This document shows positions 11,687 to 23,542 of a DNA stretch of 64,000 bases, piece by piece. The position numbers and the translations under genes were made by a program. This DNA is from Eukaryota sp. TZLM1-RC. Taxonomy: Eukaryota > Protista > Metamonada: BaSk clade. How positions within the stretch are numbered: position 1 is the stretch's first letter; each line of letters begins with the position of its first letter. The stretch spans positions 744,001 through 808,000 of the forward strand of contig JAUPSS010000001.1 in assembly GCA_040285825.1 (NCBI GenBank), in the 5' to 3' direction. Below the pieces are notes generated by a model. That model was given only the letters and a program-made list of their open reading frames with translations, was not told where the DNA came from and searched no databases.

Positions 11687-12230
11687 GAGGAATTCAATCA
11701 AACCACTGGTATTTATTTTATGAAAAGACTAATTGAATATAACACCCACTCACACTCGCATTAATATATATAGGATAATGGCATAAACCATTGTAATGGG
11801 ATTTGATATTTTGAGGTACACATACTCTAGGAATTGATCAAATCGCCATCATAGAGTTATCTCTGCTGTGTGGATGTTGGTATAACTACTTTGACAGGAA
11901 AAATTGATATTAGACAGTTGTATTTATAATGGTGATCTTGGGTGTAAAGACATAATTCAAGCTCAGTGAAGCATTGTATGATGTTCAATTATAGAAATTC
12001 AATTTATTAATGAAATAAACATTTAAACAAGCCAGATAAATTCAAACTCAAAATGTACTTTTATTCAACATTCGCATAAATGATGTTTTCAACTAGAGTA
12101 CAGTGACTTATTACAGCAGAATTACAAGATAAAAGGGCTAATAAACGAAATTAATTATGAAACAACGGAATCGATAAGTTCAAAATGGAAATAAATAGGA
12201 AGAAACATTTCTTAAAAGAAAACAGAAGGA

Positions 12231-13400
12231 TTATTTATTTTCAGCTACATAGTCACCGAAAATATCAATCAAATCCTTATTCACTGAATACTGAATCCAC
12301 CATGGAAAACAAGATAATTCAACTAAATAATTATTCCTGATTAACTGAACAGATTTAATTAAACCTTGATGAATTAGAGTTGTTGGAGATAGGGGAGAAT
12401 CGAACAAAATTTCCTCAAATTTAGTCAATTGAATGAATTTCATAGAAGGAAAGTTTTGTTCAGTGATAATGGTCGGAATTAAATCATCAATAATCAATTC
12501 CTTCATGTTTGGAGATTTGATTTGATTATTGACAGGAGGTTCTTCTGAAGAAAAAAGCAACTTACAATCTCCGAATAGATTGAGGTACATGAATTTCGCC
12601 TGTTGAAATTCCTTCTGAAATACAATAGCAACTCACCACTAATTCTTTTAATAATGGGAGATAGCTTAAATCATTTACCTCAATGGCATAGTGTTTCAGC
12701 ACTAACCTCACTAGTGAAGTGGGTAATTCTTCTACATCGGATTCAAAATCAAGCTCTAAACATTTAAGACTTGATGAATGTGCCAAATTTATAGCAAACC
12801 TTCACCATATACTGACTCTCCACCAATCTTAACAACCTCAACTACAGGGAAAAATGACAACAATGGTTGATCATAATCAGCTTCCTCATGATCAAAGTCG
12901 TCATAGAAAACATCAAGTTTTTTAATTATAGTATTAATTACGTTGGGACCATGATCATCTTTGGATAATCACAGTCGTAAGTCAGAAATACTTGCACCTA
13001 TATTTAATTCCTGAGGATCTTCTAAAAACAACTTGTTGAGAATTGAATGATCATTGACCAGTTCTTGAGCAAATTGAGCTACTACTTTACTTATTCCACA
13101 TTTGGTGTAAAATTTTGCTTTAACCTGTTGATAATTCTCAAAAAGCTTTTCCAAATAATTTAAATATTCCCAGTAAACAAGCTTGATCAGACCACTGAAC
13201 ATGTTGTACAAGGGGTTTTTTTACTTCAGGAGAGGTGGTGGTCGTTGAAGAACAAGCACGGGGAGCGACCTGACGCCGGCGCTTCTGGGGAGGAGCGAAG
13301 TGGAGTGACCCTAAGAGGATATTGACAAGTGGAAAGAGCAGGGAGACCAAAGAAAATGACTCGATTTGGCTCAAATTGGTAATTAAATACCTGGTGTTAA
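12231..13400 (-). pseudogene. degraded lineage-specific degenerate-LRR protein
   Basis: Broken ORFs with LKCLELD..LPTSLVRLVL..LSYLPLLKELVV. Confidence 0.45.
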
Positions 13401-13989
13401 GCAATCTCTACCTGTATGGATAAACAAGCATTTAAAGCAAATTCAGATAAAATTATTAAGATTATTTTTTTCTGTGGGCACAATTTTATCTGGTTTGTCC
13501 CTTGATGTTATACAGAGGTTGAAGCGCATGAATGTGATTGAAGAAGTAGTGAAGAGTGCTTTGGTGTTGGTGCCTTTAGGCTTTTATAATATGAATGGAA
13601 AATAAATTATCTTTATCTCAACTACTTTTGCAACCTAAGGCAACATTAGTGAGGATAAAAAACAGTAGTTCGTTGACAATCTTATGTTTAAATATCGAGC
13701 AAATATCGTAATGATTTGGCCTGATTTGTGAATGACATGCGTTCAGAATTCAGTATGTGAACTTGTGTGAGGTGGCATTTTTTGATTGAGCTGATTGGAA
13801 ATGCATAAATTCACATTCTGTTATTCCGAAACCTTTGAGGTTGCAGGTGTTTTATATGGGTGATATTAGTTGAGATAAATTTGAAAAATATACAGATGTT
13901 TGATGACCAAACATCTGTGAACGTCTTTAAAACACGTAAGGTAATTAAACCATATACTTTGACTCAGTTTTGCGTTGTCTATGAAAAGG

Positions 13990-14496
13990 TGATGCCGTTA
14001 TGCAGATGAACACACGAATGAGAGAGAACACTAAGTTGATTAATAACTGATTCATAATCGAGTATAACGTGATCAGTCGAAATACAAAGAACCCTACTAA
14101 ATCAATTATAATTCAACAACAACCGACGGTGTAGCCTGGAATGCAGGTTAGCTGTTTTTGAGTAGCGAATGTGATGGTTCCTTCTAGTTTATTGAGACTA
14201 ATAATGTCAATAATATATGTTATGTCATTCTGTTCATCTCGACTTCTCGACTTATACCAACAAATGTACATTTGAACTGTGTGTAATGATGTCAAAAAAA
14301 TTACCGTAAAAATTGGACAACTTCTTTTTCTGCCGTGTTCATGTATTGCTCAATGTCTTCAAAAAAAACGGAAAAAAGTGTTGTTGTTCAGCTTAAATTG
14401 ATTTAGTAGATTTCTTCGTGATATTGGTTTATGAATTAATTTTATAAACTCAGAATTCTCTCTTTGTTTCGTGTGTTCATCTGCCTAACGGCATCA
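13990..14496. mobile_element. MITE-like element with imperfect terminal inverted repeats, copy 1
   Basis: TGATGCCGTTATGCAGATGAACACACGAA at left vs TTCGTGTGTTCATCTGCCTAACGGCATCA at right; inner IR CTACTAAATCAATT / AATTGATTTAGTAG. Confidence 0.7.
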
Positions 14497-14509
14497 AATA
14501 GTTTTCTTC

Positions 14510-14706
14510 TTGAAAGAATATGATATGAATATATGAAGTATCCCCCCTTGATGACTCCGAATTGTACAAACGGAAAAAATATGCAAATCCTTTAAAAGAA
14601 TTGAAACATGTTCGCCATGTAGAATACCAAATTTGCCCATTTGCTATATCCTTGTATGGTCGTCTTGGAAAAACTGCTATGAATTTCATTATTATATATA
14701 TATTAT
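14510..14706 (+). mobile_element. CRE-like RLE 3' fragment ending in an AT tail
   Basis: SPLDDSELYKRKKYANPLKELKHVRHVEYQICPFAISLYGRLGKTAMNFI followed by (TA)n. Confidence 0.75.
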
Positions 14707-14707
14707 T

Positions 14708-14990
14708 ATGATGGGCCATATACTTTGAGTGGAGAATTCACCTTGCCTAGCTGTGTTTCCACTAGCCTAGCGTATTGTAGTGGACCTACGTCAGCAATAT
14801 GATCATGGTGGTAGTGGGAGATGACAACTGCATGCAGTTCGGTGTAAGAAACGAAGTGCAACATGTTGGACAATACACCACTACCACAATCAATAAGAAC
14901 ATTGAAACCATCGTGCTGGAGCAAATAACCAGAGGTAGCGTCATTAGCTTTAGGATATCCTGCCCAGTGGCCTATAACAGTTAGTTTTAT
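14708..14990 (-). pseudogene. truncated MBL hydrolase copy (ATG mutated to ATA)
   Basis: Matches 11405-11686; cut at the retroelement AT tail. Confidence 0.85.
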
Positions 14991-15469
14991 GAGGAATTCA
15001 ATCAAACCACTGTTATTTATTTTATGAAAAGACTAATTCAATATAACACCCACTCACACTCGCATTAATATATATAGGATAATGGCATAAACCATTCTAA
15101 TGGGTTTTGATATTTTGAGGTACACATACTCTAGGAATTGATCAAATCGCCATCATAGAGTTATCTCTGCTGTGTGGATGTTGGTATAACTACTTTGACA
15201 GGAAAAATTGATATTAGACAGTTGTATTTATAATGGTGATCTTGGGTGTAAAGACATAATTCAAGTTCAGTGAAGCATTGTATGATGTTCAATTATAGAA
15301 ATTCAATTTATTAATGAAATAAACACTTATGAATAAGTTTCATCTTCCAAATATGCTCTACCCAATGCTTTTGTTTGTCTCTCAAAAGTTAGGGCAACCA
15401 ATGGGGTAATGTCTTGTTTGTGATATGATGAGCGGGATGCAAAATGGAATTCTCCTTTATGGGTCATTT

Positions 15470-15647
15470 TACGAAGAATTTTCTTCTGTAACCTCGATGG
15501 ATAAATTCTCACCTTTTGTGCTTTTATACCTTCGTCTACCCATTTGTCTGCAATTGAAGATATAAATGATTGAGAGCAAGTCATCTGTGAGTTCTTGTTC
15601 TGTTGATTTTTTACTGTCTTTATCGACAACCAAGATTTTTGTTTCAT
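15470..15647 (-). pseudogene. Fanzor2 / IS607-TnpB-like N-terminal remnant, copy 1
   Basis: SWLSIK..NSQMTCSQSFISS..KAQKVRIYPSRLQKKILRK resembles the OrfB_IS605 HTH motif (K.R.YP...Q...L). Confidence 0.55.
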
Positions 15648-15887
15648 ATAATATAATTCATATTTGAGGTGGCATTTTTTGATTGAGCTGATTGGAAATG
15701 CATAAATTCACATTCTGTTATTCCGAAATCTTTTGAGGTTGCAGGTGTTTTATATGGGTGATATTAGTTGACATAAATTTGAAAAATATACAGATGTTTG
15801 ATGACCAAACATCTGTGAACGTCTTTAAAACACGTAAGGTAATTAAACCATATACTTTGACTCAGTTTTGCGTTGTCTATGAAAAGG

Positions 15888-16393
15888 TGATGCCGTTATG
15901 CAGATGAACACACGAATGAGAGAGAACACTAAGTTGATTAATAACTGATTCATAATCGAGTATAACGTGATCAGTCGAAATACAAAGAACCCTACTAAAT
16001 CAATTATAATTCAACAACAACCGACGGTGTAGCCTGGAATGCAGGTTAGCTGTTTTTGAGTAGCGAATGTGATGGTTCCTTCTAGTTTATTGAGACTAAT
16101 AATGTCAATAATATATGTTATGTCATTCTGTTCATCTCGACTTTTCGACTTATACCAACAAATGTACATTTGAACTGTGTGTAATGATGTCAAAAAATCA
16201 CCGTAAAAATTGGACAGCTTCTTTTTCTGCCGTGTTCATGTATTGCTCAATGTCCTCAAAAAAAACGGAAAAAAGTGTTGTTGTTTAACTTAAATTGATT
16301 TAGTAGATTTCTTCGTGATATTGGTTTATGAATTAATTTTATAAACTCAGAATTCTCTCTTTGTTTCGTGTGTTCATCTGCCTAACGGCATCA
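15888..16393. mobile_element. MITE-like element, copy 2
   Basis: Same TIRs and same flanks as 13990-14496. Confidence 0.7.
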
Positions 16394-16407
16394 AATAGTT
16401 TTCTTCT

Positions 16408-16800
16408 TGCTGGCGAAAAATACAAAATTTTTTAATGCGTGAAACATACTTCTTTTGTTAATGAATATTCACATGCCCAATACATTTTATGTTCATTTGT
16501 TTTTTCCTTGCTTGGGTCTTTGGATAAGGCTGCAATGGTCTCCGTCAAGAATTTTGATGTAGTTGAAAAGGAAAGAACTGGAAGAATTCTCAAGTGTGTT
16601 TACTGGCAAAACCGGATTGTATTATTTATTTTTAAGGGAATGGTGAATTAATTTCTGATTCATTCTGCATTTTTTTGGGAAATATTCTGAATCTTTAGTA
16701 ATTGATTGTTTTGTGGTAGAGGAGGCACACTTTGAGGATATGGAGTTTTAGTTGTGTATTTGATTATTTTATTCTTTATTGGATTAAAAGTTATGCATAA
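16408..16800 (+). mobile_element. 3' fragment of CRE-like family B
   Basis: Homologous to 26570-26935 (GEKYK..ERTG..YWQNRIV). Confidence 0.85.
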
Positions 16801-16813
16801 AAGATGGAAATTT

Positions 16814-17280
16814 TGTGGATTCCTCTCAAGTTGTTGTTGATTTCACTACAGTTGATCCCTTAGCTTTGTTTTATCGCGATGATGTTTTACTTAGTACTAA
16901 TGGCCATTTAAACAAGGCTGAAGATCGTAAGAGAGATAAATATACTGAGATATTAAATGATTTAAATAAGAACCTTTATTCGAAGTTTTCGTTTGTTCCT
17001 TTTGCCTTTTCGATTTTTGGCAACATTGGACAATCCGCCTTGAATTTCATCAATGATTTTGGTAATTTATGTCGTTCAAGTGGTAAAAATTTTGCAGAGA
17101 ATTTATGGAAAAATCGTATCATTTTCGCTTTGTACAGAAGCGTTCCCAAGTACTTGAGTTTAATGATGTCTAAACTTTATAAGGATTCATCAAGAGTTGG
17201 CGTGGAGAATTTAGTTTCTTATGTGTTTAGTTTGTTTTGTTTTTATTTGATTCTTTATAATAAATAAATAAATAAATATA
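16814..17280 (+). mobile_element. 3' fragment of CRE-like family A with (TAAA)n tail
   Basis: Near-identical to 19880-20330. Confidence 0.9.
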
Positions 17281-17286
17281 AATATT

Positions 17287-20200
17287 TTTGTTTCTCCCTC
17301 CATGCTTATCTATGCCTCCGAAGTAGTTACTTCAAAACCTTCTACAGAACGCCCTAAGAATTCTGTGACTACCTGTTCTTTGTGCAAAACTGTTGGTCAC
17401 ACAAAAACAACATGTCCTCGGCGAAAAGTTTTGTCAGATGAAGCTGTATTGGCATCATTATCTTCACCTATTGAGTCTATTGAGCCTCCACATATACTTC
17501 ATTCGTCTTCAGTCAGTAGTAATACAAAATCATGTTTGTTCTGTTGTTCTCCAGTTTCTGGATTCAATGTTTCGGGTCGACCTCTTTTGGTTTGAGATTC
17601 TTGCACACCAATTGATCCTTGTAGACCTCCATTTGCAATCCCTCAATTCGTTTCTCCTGCTCATTCGTCTTCTCTTGCAACAGTTATTCGATCTTTAACC
17701 TTCTCTCTTCGAAAGGGCATTTGGAATCCTTCGATTTTTTTTTGGAAATTTTTTCTTTCTAAGGCTATGTCTTCACACAAAAAATCTAAATATAAGAAGT
17801 CGGTTCCACAATCTAAAAATGTCAAAAAACACTTTGAGTCTTTGATTCTTCGTTCACAATACTCTTCAGCACTTAAATTATTGGCTGGTTTTTCTGCTGC
17901 TGCCTTCAATGATGAAACATTGGATATTTTAAATTCTCTTCATCCACCTGAAGACTTCACCATAAATCACATAGTCTCTGATAATGAACGTGATTTCTTC
18001 ACTGCTAATCCTATCACTTGTGATGAAGTTAGTGTAGCTATTAAAGGACTTCCTGGTCGTTCTGCTGGGCCTTCTGGACTTAGTTATGATCATTTGAAGT
18101 CCGCAGTCAATATGTCCAGAAATCGTGGATGATTTAGTTTTCTTTTTTAATAGTGTCATCATGGGACATTTCAAGTTACCACAAGCGTTAATGGCATCTC
18201 GCTTAGTTGCTTTAAATAAGCCTGGAGGTGGTGTCAGACCTATTGCTGTTGGTGAGTCCATAACGAGATTATTAGCAATTATTTCTTTTAAAAGAGTTAA
18301 GTCATCCGCAATTAATTTTTTTCGTCCTTATCAGTTTGCTATCGGAATTCCTGATGGCACAACATGTGCTGCGTTGTTGTGAACAGATTTACTTTTCAAT
18401 CAAAAAAGCAAAAATTATTTATTGAACATTGATTTTAAAATTGCGTTCAACTCCGTTCTTCGCTCCAGTATTTTGCAAGAACTTGAACTACACTATCCTC
18501 CGCTTTTGCCGTATTTTAAATTGATGTATGGATCACCCTCTAACTTAATTTTTCATTCTGAGAATATTGTTTCGTCAAGAGGCGTCAAACAATGGGATCC
18601 ATTGGGTTCAATTTTCATTTTGCTTAGCACTGCAATCAGTTTTGGTAAAATTCAAGTCGGATTTTCCTGACATTCATATATGTGTTTATGCAGATGATTT
18701 ATCACTTATTGGCCCTTTGTCTCTTTTACAACACGGTTTACAACATTTTGTTTTTCTGGCCAAACAAATAGGGTTAGACATTAAATTGCCCAAGTGTTTC
18801 ATTATTGGTAATCAGCATGCGGAGGTGGCATTTAATGAAACTTTTATCAAATACGTTGATTATGAGGAAGATGCTATTCGGTTTCTTGGATCTTATTTTG
18901 GAATTAGTGAAAAAGTTAAATCGATTTTGTCAGGTATTTTGGAAAAAATCGAAGAGCAACTTTTGGCTATTCAAGATCTAGAAATTGACAAACATTTAGC
19001 GTTTTCGGTCCTAAATGTGTGTTTTGGATCAAAAATTAATCATCTTCTTCGTTCTTTATCTCCCACAATTTTTTCATGATTTTGCACGTCAATTCAATAC
19101 TTTGAGAACAAATTTCTTAGGAAATTTAGTAGAAGTTTGTCCATCTAAAATTCCTTATCATGCATTTTTTAGTCCTAAATTTGGTGGAGTTGGATTTTCA
19201 AAAGCAGAGTATTTATGCAAAAGTGCTTTTATTGGTGGTATGAAAAATTTTCTTTTTGAATGGACACTTCGTTTTGATCATATTCCTTTAAATGAATCAC
19301 ATCCTTTATTAATTTCTCTTGAAAAAATGGTGCAAGAACTACCTGTTGATATTTGGAATCGGAGTTTTCCTTCAAGTTTGCCTGCTGTGCCTTCGAGATC
19401 TTTCACCAACCTTCATCTTGCTGTTGTGAAATTACAGAAGTCTGTTCTTATTGGTTTGAAGACCTGGATTCTTCTAAACGACTTAGTGTGACTAAGATTA
19501 ATAATCCCGTCTTTGCTGCCTTTTTATCAGACATTCAGAACTGTACTAGTTTAATATCTCAGCAACCAAGGCCATCTGGTCTTCACTTAACAAATGAAGC
19601 TTGGAAACAAAACATGCGGTTGAGATTAGGGATGTATCCAAGTGGTCTTTTGGACAATTCTTATTGTATTTGTAACAAAAAACCTACTGCCAATTTTCGT
19701 CATATTGTGAGCTGTAAGAAATTTCTCCAATATAGGTCACTTCTTCATACTGCCGTTCGTGATGTGACATATGAGATGTTCAAGTGTTACAATTTTAGTT
19801 GCAAAGTAGAACCTTTGTTGAAGCATTATAGTGATGATAATCTTTTTAATTCACGTCGAGGTGATTAAATTGCTCCTTTTGTGGGTTCCTCTCAAGTTGT
19901 TGTTGATTTCACTACAGTTGATCCCTTTGCTTTCGTTTATCGCGATGATGTTTTACTTAGTAATAATGGTCATTTAAACAAGGCTGAAGATCGTAAAAGA
20001 GATAAATATACTGAGATATTAAATGATTTAAATAAGAACCTTTATTCGAAGTTTTCGTTTGTTCCTTTTGCCTTTTCGATTTTTGGCAACATTGGACAAT
20101 CCGCCATGAATTTCATCAATGATTTTGGTAATTTATGTCGTTCAAGTGGTAAGAATTTTGCAGAGAATTTATGGAAAAATCGTATCATTTTCGCTTTGTA

Positions 20201-20353
20201 CAGAAGTGTTCCCAAGTACTTGAGTTTAATGATGTCCAAACTTTATAAGGATTCATCAACAGTTGGCGTGGAGAATTTAGTTTCTTATGTGTTTTAGTTT
20301 GTTTTGTTTTTATTTGATTCCTTATATAAATGGTTTATATTATATATATTATT
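17287..20353 (+). mobile_element. full-length but decayed CRE-like non-LTR retrotransposon, family A (Zn knuckle, RT, Zn finger, RLE)
   Basis: CSLCKTVGHTKTTC, RPIAVGE, DFKIAFN, GVKQWDP, YADD, EP..RGD..VVVD..EDRK. Several stops and frameshifts. Possible TSD ATATAAATATT at 17276-17286 and 20354-20364. Confidence 0.9.
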
Positions 20354-21543
20354 ATATAAATATTATTCACTAGTATTTACACAAATTATTATCAACCACG
20401 CACATTCAAAACAGTGAAGGTTCAGCAATAGGTTATTAACCAGAAAATCTGCTTTCTCAAGAGTCCGAACCTGAATTCAAGGGGATAGGTTTCACTCATA
20501 GCAGCGTGAATGTCTTCAGACTTATCATCGTATCACACTACATTAATATGAAATTGGTCAAAATCAATCTCTGCAAGGAAGCCATGTTGACTAACATTAC
20601 AAGTGTCTTCAATTCAGTTTCAATTGGAGTTCATTAAGATCAAAAATCTTCTGCTCATAAGACTTTAGAAGTTCATGTATATCAGCAGTAGGTTAGACTG
20701 GAGTAGATTAAGATTGGAGTGAGTTGATTCGTAGAGAGTGAACAAACGATACCAGAGGTGTAAGGGTGTATATTGATAACTGATGGTAGTACAAGTGAAG
20801 ACAGGAGGAACATCTTCTATGGAAGAAAGATGAGTAGAAAGAGGGTGAAGAGGGCGAAGTAGAGAGACAAGGTAATAATAAGTATTCAGATGTCTAGTTT
20901 CAAGACAAGAAGTGCCGCTGAAAGGGGTGACACAGCAGAAGTTGTTGGCACAGCTTGGGATGGACGATCTGCAGTAGACTCGAGTTTAGACTCAAGAATA
21001 GCCAGCAGTGCCTCTACAGACTGTCTTTTGTTAATCAATTATATATGTTTTATAGTCAATGTGTGAGTGCACTAAACGAAACCTATAATCGCTATAATAG
21101 AAAAGCCAACAGTTCCACAAAGATCCATGGCGAATTCAGATATAGTTGAACGAGGAGCAAAAGGTTCTTCGTCAAAGAAGGAAAGAAATGGGAAGAAAGA
21201 AACGGGTGTTGTGACTTCCCTTGGTAACGTGTTTGTACTGAATACGGGAATTAAATTGTGAAACTTTACGAATTTTTTGAATCTACAAACACCCTTGATT
21301 AAACGAACAACTGCTTTGACTAACAACAATTTCATCAAATTTCACATCAAATTACTATTTTTAGGAAAGAAAATGCTTAAAGCATGTCCAGTATCTATTA
21401 TAAATGTGTCTATTTATCAGTTTGTGCATGTTTCATTGTTTTGTGGATGTAAGGAGTTGAAAATACACCAAATTTTAAAAGTAACTGAAACTGAGAAATC
21501 AATCATTTCTGATTGTCTGCACCTTCCGTTTTCAGTAAGGACT

Positions 21544-23373
21544 ATGCAGTCATGGGCACGTGCCTGCTCCCTTCATCAGTTCTTTGAGCGGCCAGTGTGT
21601 GATTACATTGATGGACAGCTGACCAAGGTGACCACCATGGCTCACCTCGGCAGTTTGCTGGCCAGAGTTTTCGCTGTGCGCTTCCCTGAAGACAGTCATT
21701 TCCTGACTCAGCATCAATTCTGGATCCAGTGTCTTGACTTTGTGGCGGTCTCTAAGCCAAAAGTCAGACATCCATTTAACAGACCTGGCAAAGGCCATGT
21801 GTATGAGAAGCTCGAGCGAATCTCTACATCATGGCCGTTTGCTGTCTTGTTCTTGTCAAGAACAGGTCGTAATCATGCACTACCCACTAGTAGGCATCTA
21901 CAACAACTAGTGGATGCAAAGTGCCGCCAGCTGCAAGGCAACTGCCAGCAGCTTCTTGCTGATGGACTTGTGTCGTGGAAGCTTAACTTCTTCCGCTCGT
22001 AAGCGGTAGGTTATAACTGCCCTGCACCAGCCACTTATGCTGGTTCTGTTCTTCACAACAGCACGAACTTTCATGAACCTCTACTTTCTTGGTTCAACAC
22101 TCACCATACCATGGCTCTTACTCTGTTTAACTTTTTGGTTGGTGATCCTCAAAGGTACAACACTCTTCTTTCTTCTCGAAGAGTGACTCTTAATCAAGAG
22201 AACAGTACCTACATCTTTCGTTGCGGCTTAACAATCCAAAACTACCTGGAGCAAGCCTTTCCATATACCTTTAGACGACATAGACTCACTCCCATCGCTA
22301 GTTTGAAGCCTGCTTTTGTCCCCTTTTCCACATGGGTTCTCAACCATTTTATCTCCAAAAACACATCACAAACAATTTTGAAAAATCCTTATTTATTTTT
22401 TAAAACAAAAGCTAATGACTACACCATGTCTTCTAATGGTGATAGTGTCCGTATAACTTTCAAACCGCACCCCAAAGCAACACGAGTGAGATTGTCTGGA
22501 GCAGCCTTGAGTAATAAGAGATCCAGAGGGGAACTTGACTACTACGAAACCACTCGGAATAGAAAACATACCTTGCAAGCCAAGGTTGAACGGCCAAGAC
22601 CTCGCCAGAAACCAAAAGCTACTGAGTGGCAGGCACCTGATGACCAAACGGAAATGTTGTTCTGGGTCATCGACCCCAACCATTCAAATCTATGTGGTTC
22701 CAGTATTGGAACACGTTCAGGGCCGACCGTATCCAATACCTTCTTGGCACCAAAGCAACGAAAAATCAATCACTCCGCTTCACTGACCCACTCATCAATA
22801 GATGTTTATGACGTGCAGAAATTGAACCATTATCTGCTTGAAATATCAGCTATCGGTGACTATAAGGACTATGAAGGTAATAACGTAAGACGATCATTGC
22901 TAAAGCAGCAATTATATCTGAGTGCTCGAAAAGCATTGAGGAGAAACACATTTGACTTCTTTATAAGAAAACAGAAAAGATTCAGCTCCATTATCAACAA
23001 AGTGAAAAAATTTGCAAACGGTTGAGAAGTAAAGGTGTGGTTTGGCAATGGAGGTGGTGGTACATCACGTCAAAAGGTGAAAACTCCACGTAAGGCATTT
23101 CTCAAGTTGTTACAACGTTCATTTGCTAATGTGAAGATCGGAGATGAATATATGACATCTGCAAAGGTGAACTGCTGCAAGATGCTACACCAAAAGATCT
23201 ATAGAGAAGTTGATGGTGAAGTTAAAGTTCACAACGCCTATTTCAGTTGACCGGAATGTAATCAAGTATGGTCTAGAGACATTTCTGCATCACTAAATCA
23301 GCTAGAAATTGCAATTAGTGAGCACTACTATGGAACAAGACCAGAAGCGTTCCAGAGACCACAAAGAAACTAG
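21544..23373 (+). pseudogene. Fanzor1-like (eukaryotic TnpB) RNA-guided RuvC nuclease, about 609 codons, 3 in-frame stops
   Basis: ORFs 21277, 22111 and 23035 are all in one frame. RuvC-I VIDPN (D 22672), VWFGNG, RuvC-II GDEYMTS (E 23146), CC...*PEC zinc finger, RuvC-III SRDISASLN (D 23278), RPEAFQR terminus. Stops at 22000, 23023 and 23248. Confidence 0.85.
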
Positions 23374-23530
23374 CTTCAAAGCTACGTATTATTCTAGAGG
23401 AGAAATGGGCTCACTGAGATTGGTGGCCAATTATTCAAGGATTCTAGAACGTCTGTGGACGATCTCACCAAGGATGAAAGTTCTTGGAATAAGTTTGAAT
23501 GATGCTTGACGAAAGTATGCATTTCAAATG
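23374..23530 (+). ncRNA. candidate Fanzor omegaRNA scaffold
   Basis: Hairpins CCAAGGAT-GAAA-GTTCTTGG (23468-23487) and TTTGAA..ATGC..AC-GAAA-GT..GCAT-TTCAAA (23494-23528); helix TGAGAT/ATCTCA enclosing CGTC-TGTG-GACG; lies directly after the Fanzor stop. Confidence 0.6.
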
Positions 23531-23542
23531 AAAACCACAGAA

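Noticed and set aside
16814-20330. LTR retrotransposon suggested by the flanking direct repeats
   Set aside because: The repeats are RLE-coding 3' ends; there is no integrase, protease or PBS, and the RT is of non-LTR type
20400-21270. Possible transposase partner upstream of the Fanzor
   Set aside because: Only stop-riddled, hydrophobic or low-complexity frames; no DDE, HUH or recombinase motif recognised
21544-23373. Alternative genetic code explaining the Fanzor in-frame stops
   Set aside because: TAA and TAG terminate intact genes here, TGA ends the family C retroelement ORF, and long intact ORFs contain no internal stops; nonsense decay is simpler
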